Assembly (NCBI GenBank): GCA_017432665.1
Contig: JAFRIS010000027.1
Location: 1-50,415 of the forward strand
DNA from: Bacilli bacterium
GTDB lineage: Bacteria > Bacillota_I > Bacilli_A > RF39 > UBA660
Reading direction: 5' to 3'
DNA: 50,415 nt
The notes under the pieces are model-generated. The model searched no databases. It was not told the origin of the DNA and saw only the letters and a list, made by a program, of their open reading frames with translations. A program made the position numbers and the translations under genes. The first letter of the stretch is position 1; every line of letters begins with the position of its first letter. Below, in pieces: positions 1 to 9,979 of this stretch.

Positions 1-400
1 GAACCTAAATCAGAAGAGTCAACTGAAGAAAAGAAAGAAGAAACTTCTGAAGTAAAAGAGGAGCCTAAATCAGAGGAGTCAACTGAAGAAAAGAAAGAAG
101 AAGTTTCTGAAGTAAAAGAAGAACCTAAATCAGAAGAGTCAACTGAAGAAAAGAAAGAAGAAACTTCTGAAGTAAAAGAGGAGCCTAAATCAGAGGAGTC
201 AACTGAAGAAAAGAAAGAAGAAGTTTCTGAAGTAAAAGAGGAGCCTAAATCAGAGGAGTCAACTGAAGAAAAGAAAGAAGAAGTTTCTGAAGTAAAAGAA
301 GAAACTAAGTCAGAAGAGCCAGCTGAGGAAAAGAAGGAAGAAGTTTCTGAAGTAAAAGAAGAAACTAAGTCAGAAGAGTCAACTGAGGAAAAGAAAGAGG
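1..400 (+). repeat. Coding tandem repeat, 60-bp unit (EPKSEESTEEKKEE[T/V]SEVKE), about 6.7 copies visible
   Basis: Units at 1, 61, 121, 181, 241, 301 and 361 are near-identical. Units 1 and 3 are identical, as are units 2 and 5. Confidence 0.97.
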
Positions 401-795
401 AATCTACTGGAGATTTAACTGCTGAACAAGAAAAATTCCTTAGAGATAAGGGTGTAGACATGGATAAATCTTTAGAATTTCTTATAGATATGGAAATGTA
501 TAACATGACTATTGTTGACTTCCTTGATACAATTGATGAAAAATGGAATCATATTAAGCAATATAAAGAAGAAAATGATATGCCAAAATATGCAATAGAA
601 GTTCATTCTTTAAAGAGTGATTGTAAATACTTAGGATTCATGAAGTTAGCTGATGTAAGCTATGAACATGAAATAAAGAGTAAAGAGAATAATTCAGAAT
701 TCGTTAATGAAAACTTTGATAGACTAGTTAAAGAATATGAAGCTGCAATGGCAATTATCAAAGAATATGCTGAAAAATATGATATAAAGAGTTAA
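1..795 (+). CDS. 5'-truncated protein with acidic 20-aa repeats and a C-terminal Hpt (histidine phosphotransfer) domain; probably the end of a hybrid sensor kinase/regulator
   Basis: Frame +1 is open from base 1 into the listed 460..795 ORF. Motif VHSLKSDCKYLGF matches the Hpt HxLK[GS] signature. Confidence 0.75.
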   Translation, partial: EPKSEESTEEKKEETSEVKEEPKSEESTEEKKEEVSEVKEEPKSEESTEEKKEETSEVKEEPKSEESTEEKKEEVSEVKEEPKSEESTEEKKEEVSEVKEETKSEEPAEEKKEEVSEVKEETKSEESTEEKKEESTGDLTAEQEKFLRDKGVDMDKSLEFLIDMEMYNMTIVDFLDTIDEKWNHIKQYKEENDMPKYAIEVHSLKSDCKYLGFMKLADVSYEHEIKSKENNSEFVNENFDRLVKEYEAAMAIIKEYAEKYDIKS

Positions 796-796
796 T

Positions 797-857
797 AAAA
801 GGAGTTAAAAAACACTCCTTTTTATTGTAAAAAAAAACAGTTTTATAAACTGTTCTT
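797..857. terminator. Two intrinsic terminator hairpins between convergent genes
   Basis: aaaaggagt...actcctttt and aacagttt-tat-aaactgtt, flanked by A/T tracts. Confidence 0.7.
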
Positions 858-1568
858 TTAGTTAGTAAATTTATTTGCCTTTGTATCAAATATTAAAGTA
901 GTATTTTGCTTACTGAAAATATTTATATATAAGTTATTATTCTTTTCTGAAATACTGATATCTCCACCATTAGCTATTGTTTTAGAATCTAATAAATTTG
1001 TATCATTATCAAATACATAAATAGTATTACCGCGTATCGCAACAATATGAGAAGCATTTATATCAATATCATTATAGATACAGTCTAAAGAAATTTTTCC
1101 ATGTTTATTAATAATTCCGTCTTTATTATCTATCTTAATAATTCCATATTTGTTATTAATAGATGTCTGAGGAATATCATCTAAAACAATTGTATTTTTC
1201 TTTTTGTCTATACTATATAGATTTACTTTTCCATTATCTTCAATAGGTATTAAGTCATCATTATCTATAATAAATTGAATAGATGTAAATTTTGTAATTT
1301 TGCAATCAGCATCACATACATATTTCGTAATTACATTAGTGTCTTGATAAAATGTAATTACATCTCCAGTTTGAAGATATTTATAAGTTTCATTATAAGG
1401 TATATCGCTCAATTTGCTTAGCTGTTCTTCATGCATTCTTTTATAATTATTATTAACAGCTACTATTGTAATTATTATTACTATTATATTAGCGACTCCA
1501 ATCATACTAACTATCAATTTATCAATAAATTGCATTTTGAATTCATTGTTATTTTCAGCCTCATTCAT
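858..1568 (-). CDS. Membrane-anchored hypothetical protein with a WG-repeat-like segment
   Basis: N-terminal TM helix; KDGIINKHGKISLDCIYNDI resembles a WG repeat; RBS gaggt upstream. Confidence 0.6.
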   Translation of the reverse strand: MNEAENNNEFKMQFIDKLIVSMIGVANIIVIIITIVAVNNNYKRMHEEQLSKLSDIPYNETYKYLQTGDVITFYQDTNVITKYVCDADCKITKFTSIQFIIDNDDLIPIEDNGKVNLYSIDKKKNTIVLDDIPQTSINNKYGIIKIDNKDGIINKHGKISLDCIYNDIDINASHIVAIRGNTIYVFDNDTNLLDSKTIANGGDISISEKNNNLYINIFSKQNTTLIFDTKANKFTN

Positions 1569-1733
1569 ATAACACTACCTCGCTATCCTTTTTATCATAT
1601 TAACATTATATCATAGATAATTAAATATGTAATCTTTTTTATAATAAATTTTTATAAACATTATAATAATTATTTGTTTGCAATATCAATGAATTTATGC
1701 TAAAATAATTGTTGTATTTACGGAGGGATTAAA

Positions 1734-1949
1734 ATGGAAGCGTTATTATTAGTTGTTTCAATTTTATTAATAATTATTGTTTTATTACAAAGTGGTAAAG
1801 CAGATGGAGGACCTCAAATTATTTCTGGTGGACAAAGCGAATTGTTTGCAAACAGAAAAGAAAGAGGTTCTGAGTTAGTAATCACAAGGATTACAGCTGT
1901 TTTGGGATTTGCCTTTTTTATGATTTGTTTAATATCAATGTTTTTATAA
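1734..1949 (+). CDS. secG: Preprotein translocase subunit SecG
   Basis: Two TM helices, VLLQSGK...SELF motif, ggaggg RBS, lies upstream of rnr. Confidence 0.93.
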   Translation: MEALLLVVSILLIIIVLLQSGKADGGPQIISGGQSELFANRKERGSELVITRITAVLGFAFFMICLISMFL

Positions 1950-2031
1950 GAAAAAAATGAGGAACATTTTAATGTTCTTTTTTTGTGTTTTTAAAGATTA
2001 TATATTATAATTGGTAATAGAAGGTGATACA

Positions 2032-4179
2032 GTGAGGGATAACATAATAAATGTATTAAAAAATACTGATAAAGCTGTGACTATTGATGAATTACAAGAC
2101 TTATTAGAAGTCAGTTCGGTAGAAGCAGCAGCTGAATTAAGTGAAGAATTAAGAAAATTAGAAGATGAAGCTATTATTTATCATACTAATAAAGATAAAT
2201 ATATGATGATTGAGAATAGTCATTTAAGAAAAGGAATAATGAGAGCTAATAAAAAGGGATTTGGCTTTGTAGAAGTAGATAATTTAGAAGATGATATCTA
2301 TATTTCTCAAGATAATATGAATGGAGCTATTCATGATGACATTGTATTAGTTGAAGTTACTAGTAAAATGACTCTTGATCGTTTAGAAGGAAGAGTATTA
2401 AAAATACTAGAAAGAAGAACTAAACAATATATAGGACTTATTAATTTTGATAAAGATGGAATAGGTCATATTACATTAGATGATAGTAAAATCACTTTAG
2501 AAATAGAAATACCTAAGGGTAATGCTATGAATGCTGTAGATGGTCATAAAGTAGTAGTTGTCTTAGGGAAAAGATTAAACAATAATAAATATGAAGGTGA
2601 AGTAACTGATATTATAGGGCATATTAATGATCCTGGAGTAGATATATTATCTATTATTTATAAATATAGTTTTAATATTGATTTTCCTGAAGATGTAAAA
2701 ACTGAAGTAGCTAAAATGCCTACTGAAGTTAGAGATACAGATTTAAGAGATCGTAGAGATTTACGTGATGAAGTAATCTTTACTATTGATGGAGATGATA
2801 CTAAAGATATTGATGATGCTATTTCTATTAAGAAGATGAAAAATGGGCATTATGAATTAGGAGTACATATAGCTGATGTTAGTTATTATGTAAAAGAAGG
2901 TAGTCCTTTAGACAATGAAGCTATGGAAAGAGGGACAAGTGTTTACTTAGTAGATAGGGTTATTCCTATGTTGCCCCATGAATTATCTAATGGTATTTGT
3001 TCATTGAATCCTAATGCTGATCGTTTAGCTGTTTCCTGTGTTATGGAGTTTGATAGTACAGGAAAGCAATTAAATTATGAAATTTTCCAAAGTGTAATTA
3101 GATCACGTATTCAAATGACATATAAGAAAGTTAATAGTATTTTAGAAGATAATGTTGTGCCTGAGGGGTATGAAGAATTTGAAAATGATTTAAGATTAAT
3201 GAAAGAATTAGCAGATATACTTCGTAAAGCTAAAACTAAGCGTGGTTATATTGATTTTGATGTTGATGAAGCTAAAATATTAGTTGATGAAAAATGTGTT
3301 CCAACTGATGTAATTTTAAGATATCGTGGTAAGGGTGAAAAACTAATTGAAGATTTTATGATCGCTGCTAATGAATGTGTTGCTACTCATATTTATTTTA
3401 TGAATTTACCATTTGTATATCGTATTCATGAATATCCTAAAGAAGAGAAAATTAGAAGTTTCTTGGGATTTGTTAGTAACTTAGGTTATCAAATAACAGG
3501 TAATGTTAAAGATGTTAAGCCTACTACTATGCAAAAGATACTTGAACAATTAAAAGATAAGCCTGAATATAAGATTTTATGTACATTATTACTTAGAAGT
3601 ATGCAAAAGGCAGTCTATAAACCAGAAAATTTAGGTCATTATGGTTTAGCAAGTAGTTGTTATACACACTTCACTTCACCAATTAGAAGATATCCAGATA
3701 CAACAGTACATAGATTATTACATACATATTTATTTGATGGAAAAATGGATATGGGAACTATAAAGAAATGGGAAGAAAGACTGGTCTATGTTACTGAGCA
3801 TTCATCTGAAAGAGAAAGAGCCTCTATTGATTGTGAAAGAGAAGTAGAAGATATGAAGATGGCTGAATATATGGAAAAACATATTGGAGAAGAATATGAA
3901 GGAATGATTTCTTCTGTTACTAGTTTTGGTATGTTTGTAGAATTAGATAATCTAATAGAAGGTTTAGTACCTATTAAAGATATGGATGATTTCTATCATT
4001 TTGATGAAGAGAAACTTACTCTTACCGGCGAAAGAAGTCATGTTAAGTACTCTATTGGAGAAAGAGTAGTAGTTAAAGTAGTACGAGCTTCTAAAGAAGA
4101 TAAAACTATTGATTTTGAAGTGCTAAGAAAGGTAGAAGAAAATGGCAAGAAAGAGAGTAAAACTGAAAAAGAAAGCTAA
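2032..4179 (+). CDS. rnr: Ribonuclease R
   Basis: RNB motifs TIDGDDTKDIDDA and HFTSPIRRYPD, C-terminal S1 domain, secG/smpB context. GTG start at 2032 follows gaaggtga. Confidence 0.95.
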   Translation: MRDNIINVLKNTDKAVTIDELQDLLEVSSVEAAAELSEELRKLEDEAIIYHTNKDKYMMIENSHLRKGIMRANKKGFGFVEVDNLEDDIYISQDNMNGAIHDDIVLVEVTSKMTLDRLEGRVLKILERRTKQYIGLINFDKDGIGHITLDDSKITLEIEIPKGNAMNAVDGHKVVVVLGKRLNNNKYEGEVTDIIGHINDPGVDILSIIYKYSFNIDFPEDVKTEVAKMPTEVRDTDLRDRRDLRDEVIFTIDGDDTKDIDDAISIKKMKNGHYELGVHIADVSYYVKEGSPLDNEAMERGTSVYLVDRVIPMLPHELSNGICSLNPNADRLAVSCVMEFDSTGKQLNYEIFQSVIRSRIQMTYKKVNSILEDNVVPEGYEEFENDLRLMKELADILRKAKTKRGYIDFDVDEAKILVDEKCVPTDVILRYRGKGEKLIEDFMIAANECVATHIYFMNLPFVYRIHEYPKEEKIRSFLGFVSNLGYQITGNVKDVKPTTMQKILEQLKDKPEYKILCTLLLRSMQKAVYKPENLGHYGLASSCYTHFTSPIRRYPDTTVHRLLHTYLFDGKMDMGTIKKWEERLVYVTEHSSERERASIDCEREVEDMKMAEYMEKHIGEEYEGMISSVTSFGMFVELDNLIEGLVPIKDMDDFYHFDEEKLTLTGERSHVKYSIGERVVVKVVRASKEDKTIDFEVLRKVEENGKKESKTEKES

Positions 4180-5344
4180 AGGGTTGCTGGTACTAATTTT
4201 AATGATTTTAGTAGGAATTGGTGTCTATGGTGTGGTTAATTATAAGCAGTCTATTAAAAAGCCTGAGCCCAAGAAAAAAGTAGTAAAGAAAGAAGAACCA
4301 AAAGTTCCTAAAGAGTATACAGCTAAAGTATTTATGGTCGGTGATGCCTTGATTCACAGTGCTGTTTATGAAGATGCCAGAAAAGATGATGGTAGTTATG
4401 ATTTTAAGCCAATGATAGCTGATATTAAGAAAATATCTAGTCAATATGATATTGCTTATTATAATCAAGAGACTATATTGGGAGGAAAAGAATTAGGACT
4501 ATCTAATTATCCAATGTTTAATTCTCCACAAGAAGTAGGAGATGCATTTGTTGATGCAGGATTTAATATGGTGTCTTTAGCTACTAATCATACGATGGAT
4601 AAAGGAGAAGCGGGAGTACTTGCTTCAGTAGCTTATTGGAAAAAGCAAAAAGATGTTGCTTGGTCTGGTCAATGGAGTAGTGAAGAAGAAAGAACTGAAT
4701 CTGTTCAAAAAATATATGAAGTAAATGGTATTAAATATGCCTTTATTTCTTATACTATTTGGAATAATGGATTACCTACACCATATGGTAAAAGTTATTT
4801 AAATAATGAATATAGTCCTGAAAAAGCTACTAAAGATATTGAATCAGTAAGAGATAAAGTGGACTTTGTAATAGTCGCAATGCATTGGGGAACAGAATAT
4901 TCATTTAGGACTGATCCTAAACAAGATGAAATAGCTGCTCATTTATCTAATTTAGGAGTAGATTTAATTATAGGAGCTCATCCTCATGTAATTCAAACAG
5001 TTGAATATATTAATGATAAGAAGACTTTTGTAGTCTATTCATTAGGTAATTTTATAAGTGATCAAAATGATGTAGATAATTTCACAGGTTTAGCTATGGA
5101 AGTTACTTTGAAAAAAGTCGTAGATATAGATGGCAGTGTTACTACAAGTGTTATTGACCCTAAAGCAGAATTAGTTTATACTACTACTGTTAAAAGAGGC
5201 GGAGTTAATCATCAGTTTAAGGTAGTACCTTATCCTAAGCTTACTGATGCCCAATTACCAGGACATGCAGGATATTATGATAAATATAAGAATATAGTTA
5301 AAGAATGTTATCCTGAACTTGTTTGGGGATTATCTGGAGAGTGA
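4142..5344 (+). CDS. CapA family (PGA_cap) metallophosphoesterase-fold protein, membrane-anchored
   Basis: [28 protein letters not shown] and YSLGNF motifs; N-terminal TM helix. Confidence 0.88.
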   Translation: MARKRVKLKKKAKGLLVLILMILVGIGVYGVVNYKQSIKKPEPKKKVVKKEEPKVPKEYTAKVFMVGDALIHSAVYEDARKDDGSYDFKPMIADIKKISSQYDIAYYNQETILGGKELGLSNYPMFNSPQEVGDAFVDAGFNMVSLATNHTMDKGEAGVLASVAYWKKQKDVAWSGQWSSEEERTESVQKIYEVNGIKYAFISYTIWNNGLPTPYGKSYLNNEYSPEKATKDIESVRDKVDFVIVAMHWGTEYSFRTDPKQDEIAAHLSNLGVDLIIGAHPHVIQTVEYINDKKTFVVYSLGNFISDQNDVDNFTGLAMEVTLKKVVDIDGSVTTSVIDPKAELVYTTTVKRGGVNHQFKVVPYPKLTDAQLPGHAGYYDKYKNIVKECYPELVWGLSGE

Positions 5345-5348
5345 TAGA

Positions 5349-5789
5349 ATGGAAATTCTAAATAGAAAAGCTAAATTTGACTATTTTATAGAAGATCAAA
5401 TAGAAGCAGGAATAGTTTTAACAGGTACTGAAATAAAATCAATTAGAGCTGGTAAATGTAATATTAAAGACTGCTATGGAATAGTTAAAAACGGAGAAGT
5501 ATTCTTACTTAATATGTATATAGCTCAATATACTGAAGGAAATATCTTTAATCATGATGAGAGTAGAAGTAGAAAGCTATTATTACATAAAAAGGAAATT
5601 AAAAAGATTACCCAAGCGATTAATGAACAAGGATTAACTCTTGTACCATTAAAAGGCTATTTTAAAGATAATAAATTTAAGATATTACTTGGAATATGCC
5701 GTGGTAAAAAGAACTATGATAAGAGAGAAACTATTAAAGAGCGAGATATTAAAAGAGATGTCTTAAAAAATATTAAAGGATACAAGTAG
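5349..5789 (+). CDS. smpB: SsrA-binding protein SmpB
   Basis: [41 protein letters not shown]; adjacent to tmRNA. Confidence 0.97.
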   Translation: MEILNRKAKFDYFIEDQIEAGIVLTGTEIKSIRAGKCNIKDCYGIVKNGEVFLLNMYIAQYTEGNIFNHDESRSRKLLLHKKEIKKITQAINEQGLTLVPLKGYFKDNKFKILLGICRGKKNYDKRETIKERDIKRDVLKNIKGYK

Positions 5790-5835
5790 TATCCTTTATT
5801 TTTTTAAGAAAATATGATATAATATGTGTACATAT

Positions 5836-6211
5836 GGGGCTGATTGGTTTCGACGGGAATAGTAGAGCATAGATGGCAAGTCGAATGTCCACGTCACGGG
5901 CACAAAAAAATAAATGCTAATAAGCTAAAAAATGCTGTAGCTAACATGTTTGGTGGAAACCAAGCTGTTGCTTACGCTCTTTAATAATACGAGCCAGCAC
6001 TTCTTATAGTTTTACCTAGGAACTATATAGAGGTTCAATTTTATAGGTTATAGCTATCTTTTGTCTAGAAGATAGAAAGAATAACAGACTGGTATATCTA
6101 TTTGGTCGTTAATTACTTGATAGGTATATGAGAATAATTAGTTAACTAAGCTTGTAGAAGTTTATGTAGCTCTATTTTCGGACAGGGGTTCAATTCCCCT
6201 CAGTTCCACCA
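5836..6211 (+). ncRNA. ssrA: tmRNA
   Basis: 5' GGGGCTG...GGTTTCGAC; 3' GACAGGGGTTCAATTCCCCTCAGTTCCACCA; internal tag ORF 5916-5984; extended -10 tgatataat upstream; terminator acaaact-tat-agtttgt followed by T-run downstream. Confidence 0.96.
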
Positions 6212-6314
6212 TAATGTATACAACAAACTTTATAGTTTGTTTTTTTATGTAAATTGACTAAAAAGCATATAGTATATATAATATATTTAGAATTGAAGAT
6301 GGGAGAGTGATAGT

Positions 6315-7922
6315 ATGAAGAAGAATAAAAAAAATTCTTTTAAATGGTATCATCTCCTATTTATTTTGTGCGTATCGGTTTTATTTTTGGGAATAGGTTA
6401 TGCTCAAATAGCTAATATTAATTTAAGCGTTACTGGTAGTGCAACTGCTTTAGGTCAAGATGGCATTATTATTAGTGATATTCATTATAATAGTTGTAGT
6501 GATATGAGTGCTGATACTGTTGATATTAAGACTTATTATCAAAATATGTTTTCTGCTGATATTGGTTTGGGTAGTAATCCGAATTCTTATATGACTTTAG
6601 CAGTAACAATAGAAAATCTTACAAATCAAAAGTATATATTTGATAGTTATGTTTATGATAATACTAATCCAGATTTCTATTCTAATTTAAATATTGTTCC
6701 TAGTTTAAGCGGTATTACTGAAAATTCTACTATATTGAATGAATCAGGTACTAGTGGAGATAGTGTTACTTTTAATATTACTTTTTCTTACTTGGATAAG
6801 AATAATATTTCTAATACTGATTTATCAGCAATGGTAAGTTTTCATTTTACTCCAGTTGTTCAAATTACTTATAGTGGTTTAACTAATAGTGCAGGTAATA
6901 GTAGTGAATATATTAGAAGTGAATCTTATACAACTATGAATAATACTACTTATAATCCAAGTGTTAATTTAGGTAGCTATTCAGGAGGTATAAGTATTAG
7001 TAATGGTACTACAACTTTAGTAGAAAATACTGATTATACTTTTTCTAATGGTATTGTTACATTCTCAAATGCTTTAACTGATAATTATACTATTACAGCT
7101 ACTGCTAGCGGGACAATTGCAACTACACAGGTTAAAGGGATACTTACTGGTGTTACTCCTGATGCTAATGGTATTTATACAGGAACTCCTGCTACTGGAT
7201 GTACTAATACATTAGCTTATGATGGGACTACTGATAATAATTTGCGATATGTAGGTGCTACTCCATGTAATTATGTTAAATTTAATTGTGATAATACTGG
7301 AAATAACTGTGAGACTTGGCGAATTATAGGAGTTATGAATGATACTGGAGGAGAATATTTGAAAATAATTAAAGATACCCTTTCAGCAGCAGCTACTTGG
7401 AATGATAAGAATAATACTAATGATTGGAATAATGTATTACTTAATACAACTTTAAATAGTACATATTTGAATTCTTTAAATACAACATATGGAAGTGCCT
7501 TAATTCAGGCAGTTAATTGGAATATGGGAGGAAATACTTCTACAACAGCAACTATTCCAACATTCTATACTGATGAGCATAGTGCGCAAACAACTAATTC
7601 ACTTAGTATAGGATTATCATCCCCAGCAGATCTCGCATATGCGACTAGTGGAGGAGGTACTGCTAGAACAACATGTATCAGTGGTGCTTTTAGTGCTTAT
7701 AATAATAATTGTGTTAACAATAACTGGATAAATGCAGGTGTTAATAATTGGTCTATAATGAATAGTGGTAATAATAGAGCTTTCTACATGACTAGTGCTT
7801 GTAGGGTAACAACAGCAACAGTTAAAAGTTCTTATCAGTATAGACCATGTGTATATTTAAAAGCAAGCGTCAAGATTACCGGAGGAGATGGATCCAGTGG
7901 AACTCCATATGAATTAGGATAA
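6315..7922 (+). CDS. Surface protein with a GxGYA-type N-terminus and a C-terminal DUF6273-like (lectin-fold) domain
   Basis: N-terminal TM ending GIGYAQ; T/S/N-rich body; NYVKF...WRIIG and RPCVYLK...GDGSSGTPY motifs. Confidence 0.65.
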   Translation: MKKNKKNSFKWYHLLFILCVSVLFLGIGYAQIANINLSVTGSATALGQDGIIISDIHYNSCSDMSADTVDIKTYYQNMFSADIGLGSNPNSYMTLAVTIENLTNQKYIFDSYVYDNTNPDFYSNLNIVPSLSGITENSTILNESGTSGDSVTFNITFSYLDKNNISNTDLSAMVSFHFTPVVQITYSGLTNSAGNSSEYIRSESYTTMNNTTYNPSVNLGSYSGGISISNGTTTLVENTDYTFSNGIVTFSNALTDNYTITATASGTIATTQVKGILTGVTPDANGIYTGTPATGCTNTLAYDGTTDNNLRYVGATPCNYVKFNCDNTGNNCETWRIIGVMNDTGGEYLKIIKDTLSAAATWNDKNNTNDWNNVLLNTTLNSTYLNSLNTTYGSALIQAVNWNMGGNTSTTATIPTFYTDEHSAQTTNSLSIGLSSPADLAYATSGGGTARTTCISGAFSAYNNNCVNNNWINAGVNNWSIMNSGNNRAFYMTSACRVTTATVKSSYQYRPCVYLKASVKITGGDGSSGTPYELG

Positions 7923-7972
7923 AGGACTATTAAGTCCTTTATTTTATGCTATAATAATGTTGAGGTGAGTAA

Positions 7973-8572
7973 ATGAAAGAATTAATTAATAAAAGTATAG
8001 GGGCAGCTATTTTAATAGGTTTAGGTAATTATGCACTATTAAAATTAGGTAATCCGATTGGTCCAGTAATATTTGCTTTAGGATTATTAGGAGTTTGTTA
8101 TATGGGACAAAACTTATTCACAGGAAAATGTGGATTTCTCTTCGCAGATTCTATTAATATTTGGGATTTGTTAATAATATTAATGGTTAATTTAATTGCT
8201 GGATATTTATGTGGCTTTATATTCTCTTATGCTGATAAAGAAATAGTAACTAACGCTCTTGCTAAAGTAGCTACTTGGGAGTTTTCAACTGCTTTCTTTA
8301 TAAAAGGTATATTATGTGGAGTTATTATGTATATCGCAGTATTTTTATATCGCAAGGGAACTCCGCTAGGTATCATTTATGGAATACCTTTATTTATTTT
8401 CTGCGGATTTCAACACTGTATTGCTAATATTATTACATTAGGAGTTGCTCATAGATTTCATTGGTCAATTGTATTAGCTATCTTAGGTAACTTTGCCGGA
8501 TCATTAATTATGTGGTACTTTTCTAAAGACATTGTAGTAGAAAAGAATGGTAGAAAAAAGCATGCAAAATAA
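7973..8572 (+). CDS. Formate/nitrite transporter family protein
   Basis: Multi-TM; NLFTG, KGILCG, FIFCGFQHCIAN, LGNFAG motifs. Confidence 0.85.
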   Translation: MKELINKSIGAAILIGLGNYALLKLGNPIGPVIFALGLLGVCYMGQNLFTGKCGFLFADSINIWDLLIILMVNLIAGYLCGFIFSYADKEIVTNALAKVATWEFSTAFFIKGILCGVIMYIAVFLYRKGTPLGIIYGIPLFIFCGFQHCIANIITLGVAHRFHWSIVLAILGNFAGSLIMWYFSKDIVVEKNGRKKHAK

Positions 8573-8780
8573 GAAATTAGTTGTTAAAGCAAATGGAATT
8601 AAAACTTTAAAAGATGCTAGTATAATTAGAAATACTCTGAAAAAAGTTGACGGTGTTAAATCCGTTAAAGTGAGTTTAAAAAACAAAAAAGTTACTTTAA
8701 TTCATAATAAAGTTATTAATGTTTTAGAAATTCGAAAGACAATTAATGACTTAGGATATAAATATATTGGAGTAGAATAG
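8562..8780 (+). CDS. HMA/CopZ-fold small protein lacking the CxxC motif
   Basis: Pattern G...I...L..VDGV.SVKVSL...I.DLGY typical of HMA domains; contains no Cys. Confidence 0.6.
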   Translation: MQNKKLVVKANGIKTLKDASIIRNTLKKVDGVKSVKVSLKNKKVTLIHNKVINVLEIRKTINDLGYKYIGVE

Positions 8781-9602
8781 ATGGAAAGATATCAAGAAAT
8801 AGAAAGAAGTATTATTAAAAAATATCGCAAGGATATTTGGAGTAAGTTTGTTAAGGCAGTAATAGAATATGAACTCATCAAAGAAAACGATAAGATTATG
8901 ATTTGTATTTCTGGAGGAAAAGATTCTTTTTTGCTTGCTAAATGTATGGAAGAATTACAAAAACATGGCAAATTCTCTTTTGAAGTTCATTATGTTTGTA
9001 TGAATCCTGGCTATAATGAAAAAAATTTAAAATTAATTAAAGAAAATGCTAAGACAATGAATATTAATCTTGAAATATTTGAAAGTGATATATTTGATGT
9101 TGTTTCTAGCATTGAAAAGAGTCCTTGTTATTTATGTGCTAGAATGCGTAGAGGATGCCTATATAAAAAAGCTCAAGATTTAGGCTGCAATAAGATAGCT
9201 TTAGGACATCACTTTGATGATGTTATTGAAACTACACTTCTTTCAATGTTTTATGGAGCAGAAATTAAAACAATGATGCCTAAATTACACAGTGAAAATT
9301 TTGAAGGATTGGAATTAATTAGGCCATTACATTTAGTGAAAGAAAGTGATATTAAAGCTTGGGCTAAGGCTAATAATTTGCAATTTTTGAATTGCGCTTG
9401 CCACTTTACTGAAAGAACCGCAAATAAAGAGGAAGAAAGCAAAAGATTAGAAATGAAACAATTAGTTGAAGAGATGAGAAAGAAAAATCCTAATATAGAT
9501 TATAATATCTATAAAGCTCTTGATAATGTTAATCTAAATTGTGTTATTGGCACTAAAGCGAATGGTGAATATAAGAGTTTTTTGGAAGAATATGAGGAAT
9601 AA
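8781..9602 (+). CDS. ttcA: TtcA-like tRNA 2-thiocytidine biosynthesis PP-loop ATPase
   Basis: SGGKDS, PCYLCARMRRG, LGHHFDD, LIRPL, CAC motifs. Confidence 0.8.
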   Translation: MERYQEIERSIIKKYRKDIWSKFVKAVIEYELIKENDKIMICISGGKDSFLLAKCMEELQKHGKFSFEVHYVCMNPGYNEKNLKLIKENAKTMNINLEIFESDIFDVVSSIEKSPCYLCARMRRGCLYKKAQDLGCNKIALGHHFDDVIETTLLSMFYGAEIKTMMPKLHSENFEGLELIRPLHLVKESDIKAWAKANNLQFLNCACHFTERTANKEEESKRLEMKQLVEEMRKKNPNIDYNIYKALDNVNLNCVIGTKANGEYKSFLEEYEE

Positions 9603-9605
9603 AAT

Positions 9606-9896
9606 ATGAATAAAGAAGAAAAGATTGAAAAAGAAGAAAAAGATACTAAACAGGAATCAGGGAATGAATTCTTAACATTTGTAGCTATTTTATCTTTTCT
9701 ATGTACATGTGTTTTGTTTGCTATAGCTTTTTTAACAAATTGCAATGGTTTCCTTTGCAATCTGGAATATATAGTTTTTGGAGTTATGTCTCTACCAATG
9801 ACACTATTTTCACTACTTGGAGCAATTAATAAAGATGGCACTTTCACAATAATTGGTGTAATATTATTGATATTATTTTTTGTTTTTATGTTTTAA
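9606..9896 (+). CDS. Small membrane protein (about 3 TM)
   Basis: Open frame in an operon; hydrophobic segments. Confidence 0.6.
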   Translation: MNKEEKIEKEEKDTKQESGNEFLTFVAILSFLCTCVLFAIAFLTNCNGFLCNLEYIVFGVMSLPMTLFSLLGAINKDGTFTIIGVILLILFFVFMF

Positions 9897-9923
9897 TGAA
9901 ATAGCATCCTTAAATGCTGTTTT

Positions 9924-9952
9924 TTGACATTTAGATCCCAAAGTGCTATAAT
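9924..9952 (+). promoter_or_regulatory. Consensus sigma-A promoter
   Basis: TTGACA-17 nt-TATAAT with extended TG. Confidence 0.8.
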
Positions 9953-9979
9953 AATGGGCATTCAGGGAGGAAAATAGAT

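Noticed and set aside
1-400. 60-bp periodic repeat as a CRISPR array
   Set aside because: No unique spacers; it is in-frame coding sequence; no cas genes in the window
6212-7930. Integrative element at the tmRNA 3' end
   Set aside because: No integrase and no duplicated ssrA 3' end seen in the window
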